The notes: generated by a model from the sequence alone, not told the origin. A stretch of 62,901 nt of DNA, filler included, from Basidiobolus ranarum (GCA_040143965.1; 9 parts of 9 records of this genome joined end to end with filler, not necessarily neighbours in it); one strand, 5' to 3'. Counted from the whole stretch's first letter, positions 11,872 to 25,938 are shown. Program-made: numbers and translations.

Positions 11872-13944
11872 TGTTGAAAATGGGTAAATAGCAACTCTTA
11901 ATTGAGTGGTTAGTTTATGCATATTCTGATTACTAAGAACTTAATTCTGCTATTCAAAGACATATGTTTATTGCTCTAATTGATAGAATTATCAATTGGA
12001 TCACCCTTATGAATTTCACCTCAGGAAGTTCACAATGCAAATGGTGCTATAAGAAAAAGAACTTTGGGTATTTGTTACAGGAGAAGATATAAAGCCAAAG
12101 GGTCCCCCACAAGCTATCCTTGCCTTTAACACAAAGCAGAGGAAAGCACTCTATACTCTGTCTACATCTCAGCAACTCTCAATTGAGGCACATACACTCA
12201 GCCAACAATGTCCAAACTGCTTGGGAAACACTTGAGGGACAATAAGAGACTAAAGGTCTGGCAAATATGCTATATCTTTGGTGAAAATCATTCTTAATTC
12301 AGATGAATTCTGATGATTCTATGCCTAATCATAAGAATTGGATAAAAACTATGGTAGATCAGCTCTCATCCATTGGAGCACCTTGAACTGAAAATGCCTT
12401 TGTCATGACACTACTTGGGAGCTTACCAGACAAGTTTGGGAATCTCATAAATGCCCTAGAATGTGGATCAGAACTACTAAGAATGGAATATGTTGATGCT
12501 CATCTTTTCAATGAGGAAATGAGGAGTCCTGATTCTTGGCAAAGTAATGCAGGTCAGGCTTTTTTGTAACTGTAAGTTGTCTAACAGGCTTTAATAATGG
12601 TGACCCTGATAGGAAATCCTTTTCTGCAAGTATTGCAAGGAACTGGGCCATTTAGTCAAAGGTTGCAGAAAAAGAATTTTTGCCAAAAAGCAGACATTGG
12701 AACAGGCAAATCAAGCAAGAACTGATAGGAACAACCATTTGTGTCTACCCTATCAGTAAACACTAAGGAAGTCTCCGAAATACAGTAAATGAGATCTGGA
12801 GCTTACCAATATGTGTCAAATAATAAAGTTTGATTTTCCAGCTCAAAACCCATCCAAACATCAAAGGCTTGCTCCGGCAATGACCATGCACTAGATGCAT
12901 TTGGTAAGGGCACAGTTGTGTGCAATGTAAAGAAGAATTTGGCTACACCACCTGCAAAATTGGATGATGTACTCTATGTGCCAAATAGAGCAAAGAGTGT
13001 TCTCTCAGTAGGCAATACAATAGCTCAAGGACTAAATTTCATGTGCAGCAAAGCTTGTTGCACTGTCACAGCTCTGATTACTAAGCATTAATCATTGGGA
13101 TCAGAATGCAAAACTTATACTAGCTAGAGATCAGTAAATTGCACTCTGAGCAGCCAACTTTGCCAAATCTGGTGAAGTAAGCTGTTATACATGGCATCAA
13201 AGATTTTGTTATATTGGGGAACAAAAAGTGCCCCAAATGATCCCAAATCAGCTTGTTTCAGGCTAAGAAATTGAAAATATCTCTAAATTGAATCTGTGTG
13301 AAGGTTGTATATATGAAAAACAACACAGACAGCTGTTTTAAAGCTCTGGAGAGATGGAATTCACTCAGAGATTTGTGCTGATTCATTTTCACCTTTATAG
13401 GCCCATGAAAATGTCTCACTAGGTGGGAAAAGATACTTCAGACCCTTTTTGATGACAAAACAAGATACACTTGGATATTCTTTTTCAGAACAAAATCTGA
13501 AGCCTCAATAGTGCTCAATCATTACCTAGCAATGGTAAAGAAAGAATCAGTACAAGAAAAAGGGTACCACAGAGCAATAAATGTGGAGAAATCTGCTGTG
13601 AGGATGTTGCTAACATTTCTCCTAAACATGGAAGTAGCCAACATACCACTGTACCTTATACTCCACTGCCAAATGAAGTTGTAGAATGCACTAATGGGTA
13701 CTTGTTAGATATAGTAAGCGCATGTTACATGATCCAAGGTTAGATTAATAATATTGGGCTGAACATAACTCCACTGCAGTTTATATCAAGAACACAAGCC
13801 TAACACAATTACTACAAAATTCAACTCCTTTTGAAGCCCTATATGGATCCAAACCAAGCATTGGTCATCTAAGGATCTTTTGTTGCACAGCATATGGCCT
13901 AATTCAGCTCAAAAATGCTCTAAATTGAAAACTAAAAGTAGATA
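11872..13944 (+). mobile_element. Degenerate Ty1/copia element: partial LTR A plus gag-protease-integrase relic, cut by contig end
   Basis: LTR A start TGTTGAAAATGGG at 11872 is deleted into gag. Also LLGSLP, a CKYCKELGH zinc knuckle, GAG-pre-integrase and DDKTRYTW remnants. Confidence 0.88.
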
Positions 13945-14044
13945 NNNNNNNNNNNNNNNNNNNNNNNNNNNNNNNNNNNNNNNNNNNNTTAATTAATTAA
14001 NNNNNNNNNNNNNNNNNNNNNNNNNNNNNNNNNNNNNNNNNNNN

Positions 14045-16258
14045 CAGCTGTTGAGCAAAGAAATCCTGAGATTCCTTTTCAGCGGCATCGTTGAAAAGTT
14101 GAGAAACACTCTCAGTATCGGTAGAAGCGTCAGTAGTAGAATTATCTGCCAATGGTGCAGTCTCTTCCTCGACTAGTTCCTCGTTGCCCTCTTGGACATC
14201 TTGCGTTGTGGGGGCATTTGAAGAGTCCAAATCGTCAGCTTTGCAATTTTCCTCTTCGCTCACATTAAGGTTCTTGAGATTTTCAGCGATTTGGGCAATA
14301 AGTGCATCTTTCTCAAATCCAAGATGCTTGATCAAACGATCTCTAGCATCTGACTCGAGAAGTATTTTCAATATCTTCCAATTATCGTGTTCTTCTTTCT
14401 CGGTGATCAATGTGGCCTTGGTTTCGCAGAATTCTTGTAGCTGGTTCGATTCTAATGCGGTCTCGAGTTCTTGGGACCTCTTGACAATCTCAGGCTCAGT
14501 GACTACAGTAGAAATAGACACAACAGATGGATTCTCAGCGGTATTCAATGAGGTACTTTGTGAATTCTTTCCGAAATGTACAAGCTTTCCACCAAATGAA
14601 AAAGTAGCACCAACTGGTGGTCTCAGCCATTTAGGTGCCTGTTTCAACGAGAACGACGGACTAACAGGATCGATATAATTTTGAGCATTGAATGGATCAT
14701 CGTTCTGAACTTGAGTTGGGATAGACTTCTCAGCTGTGTTATCATTGGTGCCTGATTGAAGCGTAAAGACATTCACCTAGTAATATTTGTGTTAAACGTC
14801 GGATGTTAGAGCTAGAATAAATTATTGTCTAACCTTTCCATCAAAAGATGCGGTACTCAAGAGATTAGGGTTCTTAGGACACCATTGAACATCAAAGGTC
14901 CAATTTGAGCTCGATGGCAGCTAGATTTTGAAACAGTGTTTAAGTAATATGTCAATTAATGATGAAGCTAGACCATCTATCAATGTACCTCTCCAACAAC
15001 TTCGCCAACACGTGGATTCCAACAAAGAGTTCTACAATCTTTGCCAGTACTCAAAAGAAGATCAGAATCCATTTTGCACCATGACAGAGAAAGTACACCC
15101 TTTGAATGACCAGATAAAATCTAAAGGAAAAATACATCACTTATTACTTGAGAGTTCTGAAGTACTTTCATACGATCACTAATTACCTTCTCCGGTGCGT
15201 GTGCATTTCTTAGATCCCACATTAATATTACTGGGTTGTTGTCATCTTCGGAGGCGGTGACCAGTTGAGTTGCCTAAAAAATGGATTTATCCAACATTAG
15301 ATTTGTCAAGATAAAATTGATTGATAAGGTGGAAATTACATTATCCGGGTTCCACGCAACAGCAGTAATTCCACCTCTACCACCCATTGTACCAGGATAC
15401 GCCATATGCATTACTTCGCGTCGGTTCTTCAAATCCCATACGACAGTGTGGCCTGTGTTAGATGAAGTAGCCATAATATGTTGTACTTGATTATTCCATG
15501 ATAAGGAAGTAATATCATCAAGTCTTTGTGAGCGGGGTCCGGGAGAATAAGGTCTAGTTGGGTTTGTAAGATCCCAAATGAATATCTGAGAACAAGATAT
15601 GAGGTTATTTTAAGCATCAATAACAAATTTGTGAACACAGTATAAAAGTACCTCGCCATTGCCAGCAGCAGAAGCCAGAAGATTGTGTTGGAAAGGATTG
15701 AACTCCAAACCACGGATTGAACCAGTATGGTTAGTGTTACTCATAATCAAAGCATCTTCAGAACTAAAAAAGAGGGTTTAGATGGGAGTCAAAGATGTAA
15801 CGCTTGGCTACTTCTGATGTGCAAAGATTATACAAACAAACTAACCTTGACTTATCAAGGATGCTGGCTGCGTTCCATAGAGCGAGTTCACCATTTTCCA
15901 TACCACCAGCAATGATACCATGAGGTTTATCCTCTGAGATGGCACCCCAAGTGATACGATTAAATCTTTGTAAAAAAAAAGATAAATAAGTGTCAGTCAG
16001 AAACGCGACAAAATAAGAAAGAAGTGATTAAACTAAGTGACCAATATACCTTGCGTTACTGTTAACGACTGCAGTGGGTTTCCAAGGTTCAGCTATAAAA
16101 GCCTCATCGGCGATGTCTAGCTTAAAGAGCTCCAGTTCAGTTGTGTTGGAGAAAGATGCATCTAGTGCACCAGACAATGTACCAGTAGCCAGGTATGTCT
16201 GGTTTTGATGTGGCCCCCATGCGACAGTAGCAGTACGATCAATATCCTTCAACTTCAT
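14045..16258 (-). CDS. SEC31: COPII outer-coat protein Sec31, 5' part, multi-exon, cut by contig end
   Basis: [32 protein letters not shown]40 repeats, VWDLKNRRE and [23 protein letters not shown], split by several short GT-AG introns. Confidence 0.96.
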
Positions 16259-17068
16259 GTTGGAAAAGTAGAGGAATACAAAACACGGTTATCAATAAAT
16301 ATATGCGCACCGAGGTGTTATACCAAAAAGTCCAAATGGTACCCAAAAAAATTGTGATGTAAATTTCTTGATTAGTTCGATTCCATTGAACCAAATCTTT
16401 CTCGAGTTGAACATGAGGCATTAGTAGATAAGAGCCCCATTCCAATTGGTTGAATTTATTGGAATTTTTATTATTTTGATGAAGACGAAAACAAGTTCCT
16501 ATTAGGCAGAAATCCACTATTTTTGTCTTAAATATACAAATCTTTGCGTGTGTAGTTTATGTCTGAATCAATACAAGCTTGTATTAACCAAGTAATTACA
16601 GATTACATTTCTGACCACAACTCAATTACACTATGCATAATTTGACGCACCTCTACATGCTACAATCCTCACACTAGTATTGCTTACAACGAATACCCAA
16701 GGAGGCTAAGATCAGCATTGAAGGTGACGAAGAGCTAACGTAATTGAAGTGTATTGATAAGTGCATAATCAAAATAGACTGCATGATTCTTTCGTGTGTT
16801 GATGAGGGTTATAACGATGCGGAACGTACAGAAATATTCAGAGAATGTCGAAGAAATTGAAGAAAAGAAACAGCAAGGTTAACAGTGCTTCAAATGGTGT
16901 CCTATGGATATAAATCTAATATTTATGGCGATAAAAATAAACCTTTGTGCTATGTCTGCTAAACGATGGTATGCGGTGGAATTAAGTGCCAGCATTAGAG
17001 AACGATGCAAAGATGTTGACAACTCTCTGTTCGGGTAAGAGGGAAAATTGAACTAGAAAGTGGATGGA

Positions 17069-18852
17069 TCAAGAGGAATTAAAGGGTTTATATTGATATG
17101 AATTTGATATGGAGTTTTTCCTGGAAGAGCTCGAGTAGTTTTCCACTACAATGCCTAGCCCCAAAGCATGTGTATGTCTAGTTCCAACGGATGATAGAGC
17201 TGATCTAAAACTGGTGCTTAATGAGGCGGTTGACATTTTCCTATTTACAATCGACCTTAAAAAGCCAGTGGCTTCGGGTAAAGAGGAGGGGAGAATAGAA
17301 TCTTTCGCGATGTTTCCATTATCGGGTGAGGTTGAGTATGAATACGATCGATGAATCTTCACGGATACTGAATGAGGCGTGACCCTGGGCTCTATCTCAC
17401 TAGCACGTTCATAAATAGTGTCACCGTCAAGCGTAGTGGAGTCACGATTAGATGTTATGAAATAGACTCCAATGAAAGTTAATGAGCATCCGATAATGAA
17501 CCAGAAAAAGCTCTGCAGCGTCATGTTGGCGAAATCATTATAAAGAGTTGCGGAACCAATAATTGCGCTAATAGTAAACAAAACGAACTGCGTGGGGATT
17601 ACCTCCTGGAAATATTGGTTAGCATATTTTGCATTTGTTGAGAAAACTCACTTGTCCGTTTCTTACCGTTGAATCAAACCGTTGCAACGACTTGTTCAGA
17701 TATTTAATTTGCAACACAGCGGTGGAAAGTAATACAAACAGCAACAGGTATGTAATTGGATAGCTAAATGTCACAATAAGAGTAAAGCTTAACAGTGATG
17801 AAATCGCTTTTGTTGCCAGCACAGTGTAGGCACCTAATTTAATACCAATTCGTGCTCAATGTTAATATTATCAACTATATTGACACTTTGGATGTAACCT
17901 ACCGAACAATGCAACTAGTCCCAGATCTACCAGAATCGATTTATCCCCAATTCGATCACTCAGCGGAATCATTAGAATAATAAGCGTAGTGGTGACCAAG
18001 AAGTAAATAATGAATTGCGTTTGCATCAAGGCTTCTTTCAAAAGTTCATGGGTGAGCTACAATGATTTATATTAGCATGGGTTCATATGTCAATAGTCGA
18101 TTTCTACTCACATGAGCTTCTTCGTGATTAGATGAAGCCACCACTATCATTGCGCCCACAATTGCCAAGAGAATTCCCAAAAGATCTCTTTTTCTAAAGC
18201 GTTCGTTCAAGACAAGTGGGGCAACTATAGTATTAGAAATAAGTGCGACAGTCCCTAAAGGGGCAACCACCGAAGCGGGAGCAAATCCGTATGCTGAAAT
18301 AAACATTGAGAATAAGCACTCTCGATACTATATATCATCAAGAACCCATATCTTACCTAAAAAGTTCCCACATTCACCTAGAGAGTAGGAAGTATTAACA
18401 TATCAGTGAGTAATTTGGAAGTACATATCGAGGGAGTATACCTGAAGTCATCAGAATTAATCCTGACCACCATGTTTTGGATTTGAGGTATTCCATATCA
18501 TTTTCTATTGGAGACGAGCTTCTTGAAGTCAAGATTCCTCCGTCGTCATTGTGAAAAGTTAACCTTGAATTATAGGATAGTAATGGAGAGTTTGCAGGGC
18601 TATTCGGTTTACTCCGCAACTTATTATGAGCGTATTTTTGTATATTCAAAGCGACTGATATCAAGATCTAAAAAGGAGACATAAGTTTAATTTCGCAGTG
18701 TAAAGGAAGGGGAAAGAGGTAAGTTGCAGGTGCCAAATGCTTCTAGGTGTGTTAACAACTTGAATTGAGAAAGGGCATATTACATTTCCGCAAACAGCAA
18801 AGAGGACGCCAACGAAGGCGTTGGTCTCTGGTGCTTCACTAGCCAGAAACAT
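17069..18852 (-). CDS. NIPA/DUF803-family magnesium transporter, multi-exon
   Basis: Spliced reading: GNILISVALNIQKYAH...WWSGLILMTSG|ECGNFL|AYGFAPASVVAPLG...TAVLQIKYLNKSLQRFDST...IPTQFVLFTISAIIGSATLY. Includes a 21-nt microexon at 18357-18377. Confidence 0.92.
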
Positions 18853-20000
18853 TCGTTTCAAAGTTTAAAATTATAAGAGATGTTCGGAGAAGGGTAACTG
18901 GTATGATATCAACTCAAGAGACATGAAATAAACTCCAAGGAGGCTAAGAGAATGAACATGAGGGGCTCAGATAAGGTAGAGACTATTCCAAACCCATTTG
19001 GAAAAAAACCTGATCCGTGAATGCAAGTCATAAAACTACGGAGTACTTCTTTGGAATCAAATTATCGGTCAATAGTTGAAGAAGGTACCTGGGAAACCAC
19101 TTAATTTGGACCAATGGACTCGATATCTTATGTACTGTTTATGCAATTCACCACCAGGTAGATCACATTGGCCGCGGTTTATCCAGTTCTTCCATGTCAA
19201 CACAAGATCTGGAAGGTCATCTCAACCAATCAATGCCACCCATTTGACCCGAATGCAACTACAATGAAGTATATGACTGATGATCCAGTAACATTTGAAT
19301 CATACGAACCAGATCAATTCAACAGATTCCTACTTGACGCCAACATTTATTGCGGTATTAGCTACATTATCTATTGAGTCTGTGGAAGCCGCTACAGGCA
19401 TCTGAGCAGAAGTTCTCGTTCGGAGTCGAGAAAGTCCGGAAACTTGCTTGGACTAGATTCCCATCTGAGTCATCAGGGTTCGGATTTCCCAAGATGCATT
19501 GCATTCATCGTCTGGCAATCACCAGCTCTTCATTCAACATCCGCACGTTCAGGCCTTGATCGCCGCACAGCGAGAGCCATATGTATGTACAGCATACACA
19601 TTTAGCCAGTCGTCAACATCCTTAGTGTAGGAATAGCCGTACTATTGCCAAAAGCAGGCATAGGCCATGGAACTCGTTGGAAGATCGAGGTATCCGTGTA
19701 TGGATTATCGCTGGCCTTCTAGACGAATTGGACCTAGCTAAATCTCCGAATAGATTACATCGCTTGTCCGTCTTACATTGCTAAATCAATCCTATTGGCA
19801 TGGCTGTTCTACTAAGATTTGCAATCGCATCCAAATATGTACATACGTTTATTAGCACGAAAAGGTCGTTGTATCAGATGAGATTCAATACTTCGTTGGA
19901 TATGAAAGGTGTACAAGCTCAACAATAATAATAACTAATTAATCAAATTAAATGCATAAATATAAACGCAGGCCCACGACAAAAGAAATAACGTCTACAA

Positions 20001-20959
20001 CTATTTCGCCAAAGACATCAATAGTGCGGCATTGGTTGGTCCAGTCTCCTGTACCATGGAATAAAATGAGGAATTGGCATCAGACAGCAGGTTCTTGGGG
20101 GAATCAAATTCTTTGACGCGCCCGCCATCAAGTACCAGAATCTTATCGTAATCGATGACTGTGTTTAGACGATGTGCAATGGTGAGAACTGTACATTCTG
20201 CAAAATCAATTCTCAACGCTTTTTGTAATAATGCGTCTGTTTGTACATCAACAGAGGCTGTGGCTTCATCCATAATGACGATCTTGGAGTGGGTTAACAT
20301 AGCTCTGGCTAGGCAGAGTAATTGACGTTGTCCGGCAGACAGATTCTCACCACCTTCTGCGATATCCGATTCTAGACCGCCTGGCAATGCTGAGAAGTAC
20401 GTTTTCAGGTCGGCACGTCCTAAAACATCCCAGAGTTCTTGGTCTGTGTGATAATTGAAAGGATCAAGATTGGACCGCACAGTTCCTGTAAAAAGAACTG
20501 GATCTTGTGGAATGATAGCAAGTTTGGAGCGAAGATCATGGAGGCCAATGGTCGATATGTCTATTCCGTCTATTGCTATAGAGCCTCGGCTAGCTTCAAC
20601 TACTCGGAATAATGCCACCATGATAGATGATTTACCCGCTCCAGTTCTACCTACCACTCCAATCTTCTCCCCACCACGAATACTAAGGTTGATTCCATGA
20701 AGAACTGGTGGAAGTCCCTCACGATATGAAAGTTCTAAATCTTGAATCTCAATATCTCCCTTTTGAGGCCATTCGGGTTCTGGTCGCTTATCACCTATAA
20801 CTAAATCTGCTTCTGATTCGATGTTATGAATATAGTGATCCACTCGCTCGACAGCGTTCATGTTGGTCTCCACTTCAGCGGCTTGACGTACGCACCAGTT
20901 AAATACACCAGTGCCTTGGAGAGAGTAAGAAAGAACTAGACCAACCTGGCCTGGCGCCA
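20001..20959 (-). CDS. ABCC/MRP (Yor1-like) ABC transporter, C-terminal NBD2; 5' part missing at contig end
   Basis: ETNMNAVERV, WPQKG, Walker A GRTGAGKSS, IIPQDPVLF, signature NLSAGQRQLLCLARA, Walker B IMDEATA and TIAHRL. Confidence 0.95.
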
Positions 20960-21059
20960 NNNNNNNNNNNNNNNNNNNNNNNNNNNNNNNNNNNNNNNNN
21001 NNNTTAATTAATTAANNNNNNNNNNNNNNNNNNNNNNNNNNNNNNNNNNNNNNNNNNNN

Positions 21060-21418
21060 GTTGAGGAACACTGAGAAGTGTTGAGATCCTATATTTGTTG
21101 AGACACACACTAAACCAAAAGGTTCAGTTAGCTTTATTTATACTTTTTGATAGCAAAGTGAATTAGTCAGCACCAAGATATTTGATGACTGATTCTGATA
21201 AAAGAAAAATGTGATTGGATAGATAGATAGATAGATAAGTGAGTCATGCATCAGCTGAAGTCTTGGCAGTGAAAGATCATTGGTTATGAATCTTGTGACT
21301 CATATTGACTTGTGTCTAGGCAGATGACTCAGAGATTAATACTGATTGGATAATGATCATGTGATAGGTCATATGATAAAGTCACTGGATGAGGTCAGGT
21401 GACTAGTTAGCAATAACA
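21060..21418 (-). repeat. Possible LTR fragment of a third family
   Basis: Reads TGTTATTG... on the minus strand from 21418. Rich in TGACTCA and TCA..TGA motifs and (GATA)n, and CpG-free. No second copy in the window. Confidence 0.35.
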
Positions 21419-21509
21419 ATAAACTAAACAGATATTCATGCAAGTTGTATAGTTATAGTGTAAGTTACACAACTTTGTATGTTGGTGCACAACATGCCCA
21501 TTGGAGAAC

Positions 21510-21889
21510 TGTTGAAGTTTATTGTCTTTGTAATATTTATTATCTCTATCTTTATACACCTAACTATTTCATATATCACATATTAGTTAGTCAACATTAC
21601 TTCTTCAAATGTTCACATAACTCAAAATTGGAACATATATTATATATATATGTGCATTATGTGAGAATTAGCAATTCCATATTGGAAATTTCAAACTCAT
21701 CCAAATTGCCCCAAATATAGCTCATTTTTACTCCCCCAGATGTTCTGAACACAACCACAGTGTTGGTTTTCTATATTTCCATCAAAACATATAAATGCTT
21801 AATTTCTGGTCAATAAATAATTATCTTGTAGAGCTATTCGCAACGCAACTTTTCTAAAGTTCCTCCATACAGCCCATATTTTCCCAATA
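21510..21889 (+). repeat. 5' LTR, family B
   Basis: Starts TGTTGAAG and aligns end-to-end with 25939-26314. Confidence 0.92.
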
Positions 21890-21903
21890 GGTTATGAGCC
21901 CTG
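21890..21903 (+). promoter_or_regulatory. Primer-binding site complementary to the anticodon arm of initiator tRNA-Met (half-tRNA priming)
   Basis: GGTTATGAGCCCTG abuts the 5' LTR. It is the reverse complement of CAGGGCUCAUAACC in fungal tRNAiMet. Confidence 0.9.
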
Positions 21904-24900
21904 AGTTCCAACCATTACAGCAGGGCAGAAACTACTACTACCACTTTTATTAACTCAAGTGTTGAAAAATATGATAAAGAAAATTACAATATCTGGAAGT
22001 TCAAAATGCAATTCATGCTGGAAGACAGGGAGCTTTGGGATGTTGTCTCTGGAGATGAACAGGAACCTTCTGACACTTCTTTATTGGAAGCCAACAAGAA
22101 AAGAGACAAGAAGGCCTTCAAAGTCATTTGGCAAAGTTTGAAGGATTCACAACTTGTGTATATTCAATTTGCAAAGAATTCCCATCAGGCTTGGACTGTA
22201 TTGGAAGAGTGTTATGAAGTAAAGAGTCTTACTAATAGACTCTTGCTCATGCAAGGATTCTTCAATATAAAGATGGAAAAGTCAGAAAGTATGGTTACTC
22301 ATATTGCAAATGTGGGATCTTTGGCAAAACAACTGGAAAATATTAGTACAACTTTATAGTAAGAAGATGTCATTATGACTCTTTTAAGTAGTCCACCTGG
22401 ACAATATTCAAACTTGTTCACAGCTTTGGAATCAAGTTCTGACAAGTTATCTTTGGAGTTTGTGATAGCAAGACTAATGGATCAACATCTCAGAAGTAAG
22501 AATTTGGAAAAATAATCCGAGGAAGTTGCTCTTTTTGGAGCTGGAGAATGTAGCTTTGGCAAGTACAAAAGTTACAGAAAAAGGAAAACAGGCTTATGCT
22601 ATGGTTGTAGCAAACCAGGACACCAGATAAAAGATTGCAAATCAAGAAATCACAACAAAAAAGAGAAGGCAGAACAAGTAAATCAGGTTTCAACCTAGGA
22701 GGAAGTTTTATTTATTTCTGCCCTATCAGTGACCTCTGAACAAGACTATATATTGTGTTATATTGATTCTGGAGCCTCCTTGCATTTCCCTAATCAAAAA
22801 AACTGGTTTAAGGCACTGAATATTGACATACACAAAAAGGTTTATATTGGGGATGACTGGCCACTGGAAGCTCTGGGAGGGAGAGAACTTGCAGTGGATC
22901 TTGGGGGCATCTCTGGGGGCATGTATTTGACACTAAAAAATGTGATATATGTGCCTAGGATAGCAAAAAAATTGTTATCAGTGAGTAAAGCAACATCCAT
23001 AGAATACAGCTTTAATTTGGAGAAAAATGGCTGCACAATGAGGGATCAAAAAGGGAATTGCATAGCTTCTGGAGCTAAGCAAAAGAACCTGTATAAACTC
23101 CATTATATTGAGCCAACATATGAACAAGTTAATAGTGTAACAACTGAAGAAATAGACTGGAAAATCTGGCATAGCAGATTGGGTCATCTAGGAGCTGAAA
23201 ATATGAAAAAATTAATCAAAAAACATTGTTTTGGGACTAAATTCCATAATTCCATTGGATCTGGCACTATGTGAAGGTTGCCTATATGGTAGGCAATATA
23301 CACATTGGTTTGTGGGCTCTGGAATGAGCAAAATTGATCAAAATTGGGCCTGATACACTCAGATCTGTGTGGCCCAATGCAGACAAAATCTTAAGGTGGA
23401 AAGAGGTATTTTATGACCTTTATTGATGATAAGACAAAGTATACTTGGGTTTACTTTCTGGCCACTAAGGATGAAGCCTTTAATACCTTCAAGAAGTTCA
23501 AAGTCATGGTGGAGACTGAAACAGGTCTAAATATGAAGATTATACCTACTGATAATGGAGAGGAATATATCTCAAAACTCTTCTCTAGCTTCTGCTCAAC
23601 ACATGGGATAAAGCAGCAGACCACAGTATTGAATTCCCCACAGCACAATGGAGTAGCACAATATGCAAACAGATCAGTAATGGAAAAAGCTAGATCATTG
23701 CTTCATGATCAAGATTTACCAAAACAGTTCTGGGCTGAATCAGTTGCAAATGCAGTGTATATTAGGAATAAATGTTCTTCTAGGTCTCTATTGGCTATTA
23801 CTCCTTGTCAAGCTTGATTTGGAAATAAACCTGATGTGGCTAATCTCAGAGTTTTTGTAAGTACTGCATATGCAATGATTCCAGACCAGAAGAGATTAAA
23901 ATTAGATCAAAAAAGCCAGAAATGTCTGTTTTTGGGATATTGTGACAGAACAAAAGAGTAGAGGCTATATGACAGTATAAATAAGAGGCTAATCAAGTTA
24001 AGAGATGTGGAATTTGTTGAAGAAGAAAAATTTACAATTAAAACAATCCAGGATCAAGAAAAATAACCAAAATTGATGAAAATTCTACTTTTTCTCACCA
24101 GATTTTGATCAGTGAGAAAAGCATTGAAAATTCCTCACCTGAAGTCTTCTCAACCAAGCCTGAGGTGGTTTCATTTCCTAACTTGGTACCAAAAGTTGTG
24201 GTGCCAATTTCCCATCTTAGTAAATCCATTCAAATGAGATCTCTATCTGACTATTACTCTCACACTGGCAAAAAGGAGCCTGGTGCCAATTTAGCCTTTT
24301 CTGGTGAACCCAATTCAGTACAGGAGGCTATGGAGAGTCCCAACACAAAGTTTTGGCTATGGAGAGTTCCAACACACAGTTTTGGAGTGCTGCAATGGCA
24401 GAGGACTAATGGTTGCTCATAGATGACCAAACTTGGACTTTGGTTAAGTTACCTGATGACTGAGAATCAATTGGATGCAAATGGGTTTTTAAAGTTAAGC
24501 AGCAAGCTGATGGATCTGTGTAAAGATATAGAGCTAGACTTGTGGCTAAAGAATATTCTCAAATGGATGGAGTGGACTACAATGAAACATTTGCTCCTGT
24601 AGCAAAGTATGATTCCATCAGAAACATACTAGTAGTAGCAGCAAAACATAGCTTGAAAATCCATCACATAGATGTTAAAACTACTTTTTTGAATGGGGAC
24701 TTGGAAGAGAATATATTCATGAATCAACCAGATGGTTTTGTGGATCCTGAGCCCCCAGAAGATATGTGTATGCTGCAAAAAGCACTCCATGGACTTAAAT
24801 AATCACCCAGGGCCTGGTACACTAAGATAGACAAATACTTGGAAGCACTTGATTTTGGAAAGAGTTTGGTGGATTTTGGAATCTACTTTAAAACAGATAA

Positions 24901-25938
24901 AGACAGTAAGGTGATATTTGCCTTATACATAGTAGATCTGCTTATAGATACCATTAATAAAGAAGCTTGCAGGAGTAGCAAAAGAGATATATCAGTCCAA
25001 TTTGATATGACCAATTTAGGTGAACTTACATATTTTTTAGGCCTGCAGATCCATACAGATATAATGAGGAAATCTATCACTCTGAATCAGTCTAAATACA
25101 TCTCAGACAATTTCAGATGTTACAGGATAGAGAATTGCAAGCCAGTAGCAACTCCCATGGATCCAGGTGTGAAACTAGTAAAAAAACCAATCAAAAACAA
25201 TGAAAATTGGCCAAATCTTGCTCAAAATATGTCATATGAAAGCCCTGAGTTGCCTTAACAATCTATGGTAGCTAGTTTGATCTAAGGTATGACTGGAACC
25301 TGGCCAGATATCCCTATTGCAGTAAGAGTAGTTAGCCAACATGTGCAAACTCCAAGATCCGAACATTACACAGCAGTTAGACATATTTTTAGATATTTGA
25401 AGGGGACAATTGAACTGGGATTATGATACAAATATTCTTATGGTAATAAGGATCTAATTAGGTTTAGTGATGCAGATTGCAGAAATGATATTGAGGACAG
25501 AAGATCTATAACTGGATATACATTTCTCTATAGTAAAGCAGCTATATCTTGGAATTGCAAGAAAAAACCTACCACAGCACTTTCAACAACTGAAGCAGAG
25601 TAAATGGCAGCTTCACATACAACAAAGAATGCTATGTGGCTAAGGAAACTCTTTAAAGGCTTGGGTATTTCTCAAAGTTCAGCCACAATAATTTTTAAGG
25701 ATAATCAAAGATTTATTTAATTTGCTAAGAATCCAAAATTTCATGCTAGAAGTAAGCATATTGACATATAACAGCACTTTGTTAGGGAAGCTATTCAGAA
25801 TAGGCATGTCCAAGTAGAGTACCGTCCAACTGAGGACATGCTTGCTGACATCCTTACCAAACCATTACCCAAGGCTATATTTGAAGTATTAAGATTTAAG
25901 TAAGGTTTAAGATATACAAATCTTTGGTTGAGTGGGAG

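Noticed and set aside
14184-14678. 164-aa plus-strand ORF
   Set aside because: Antisense shadow of SEC31.
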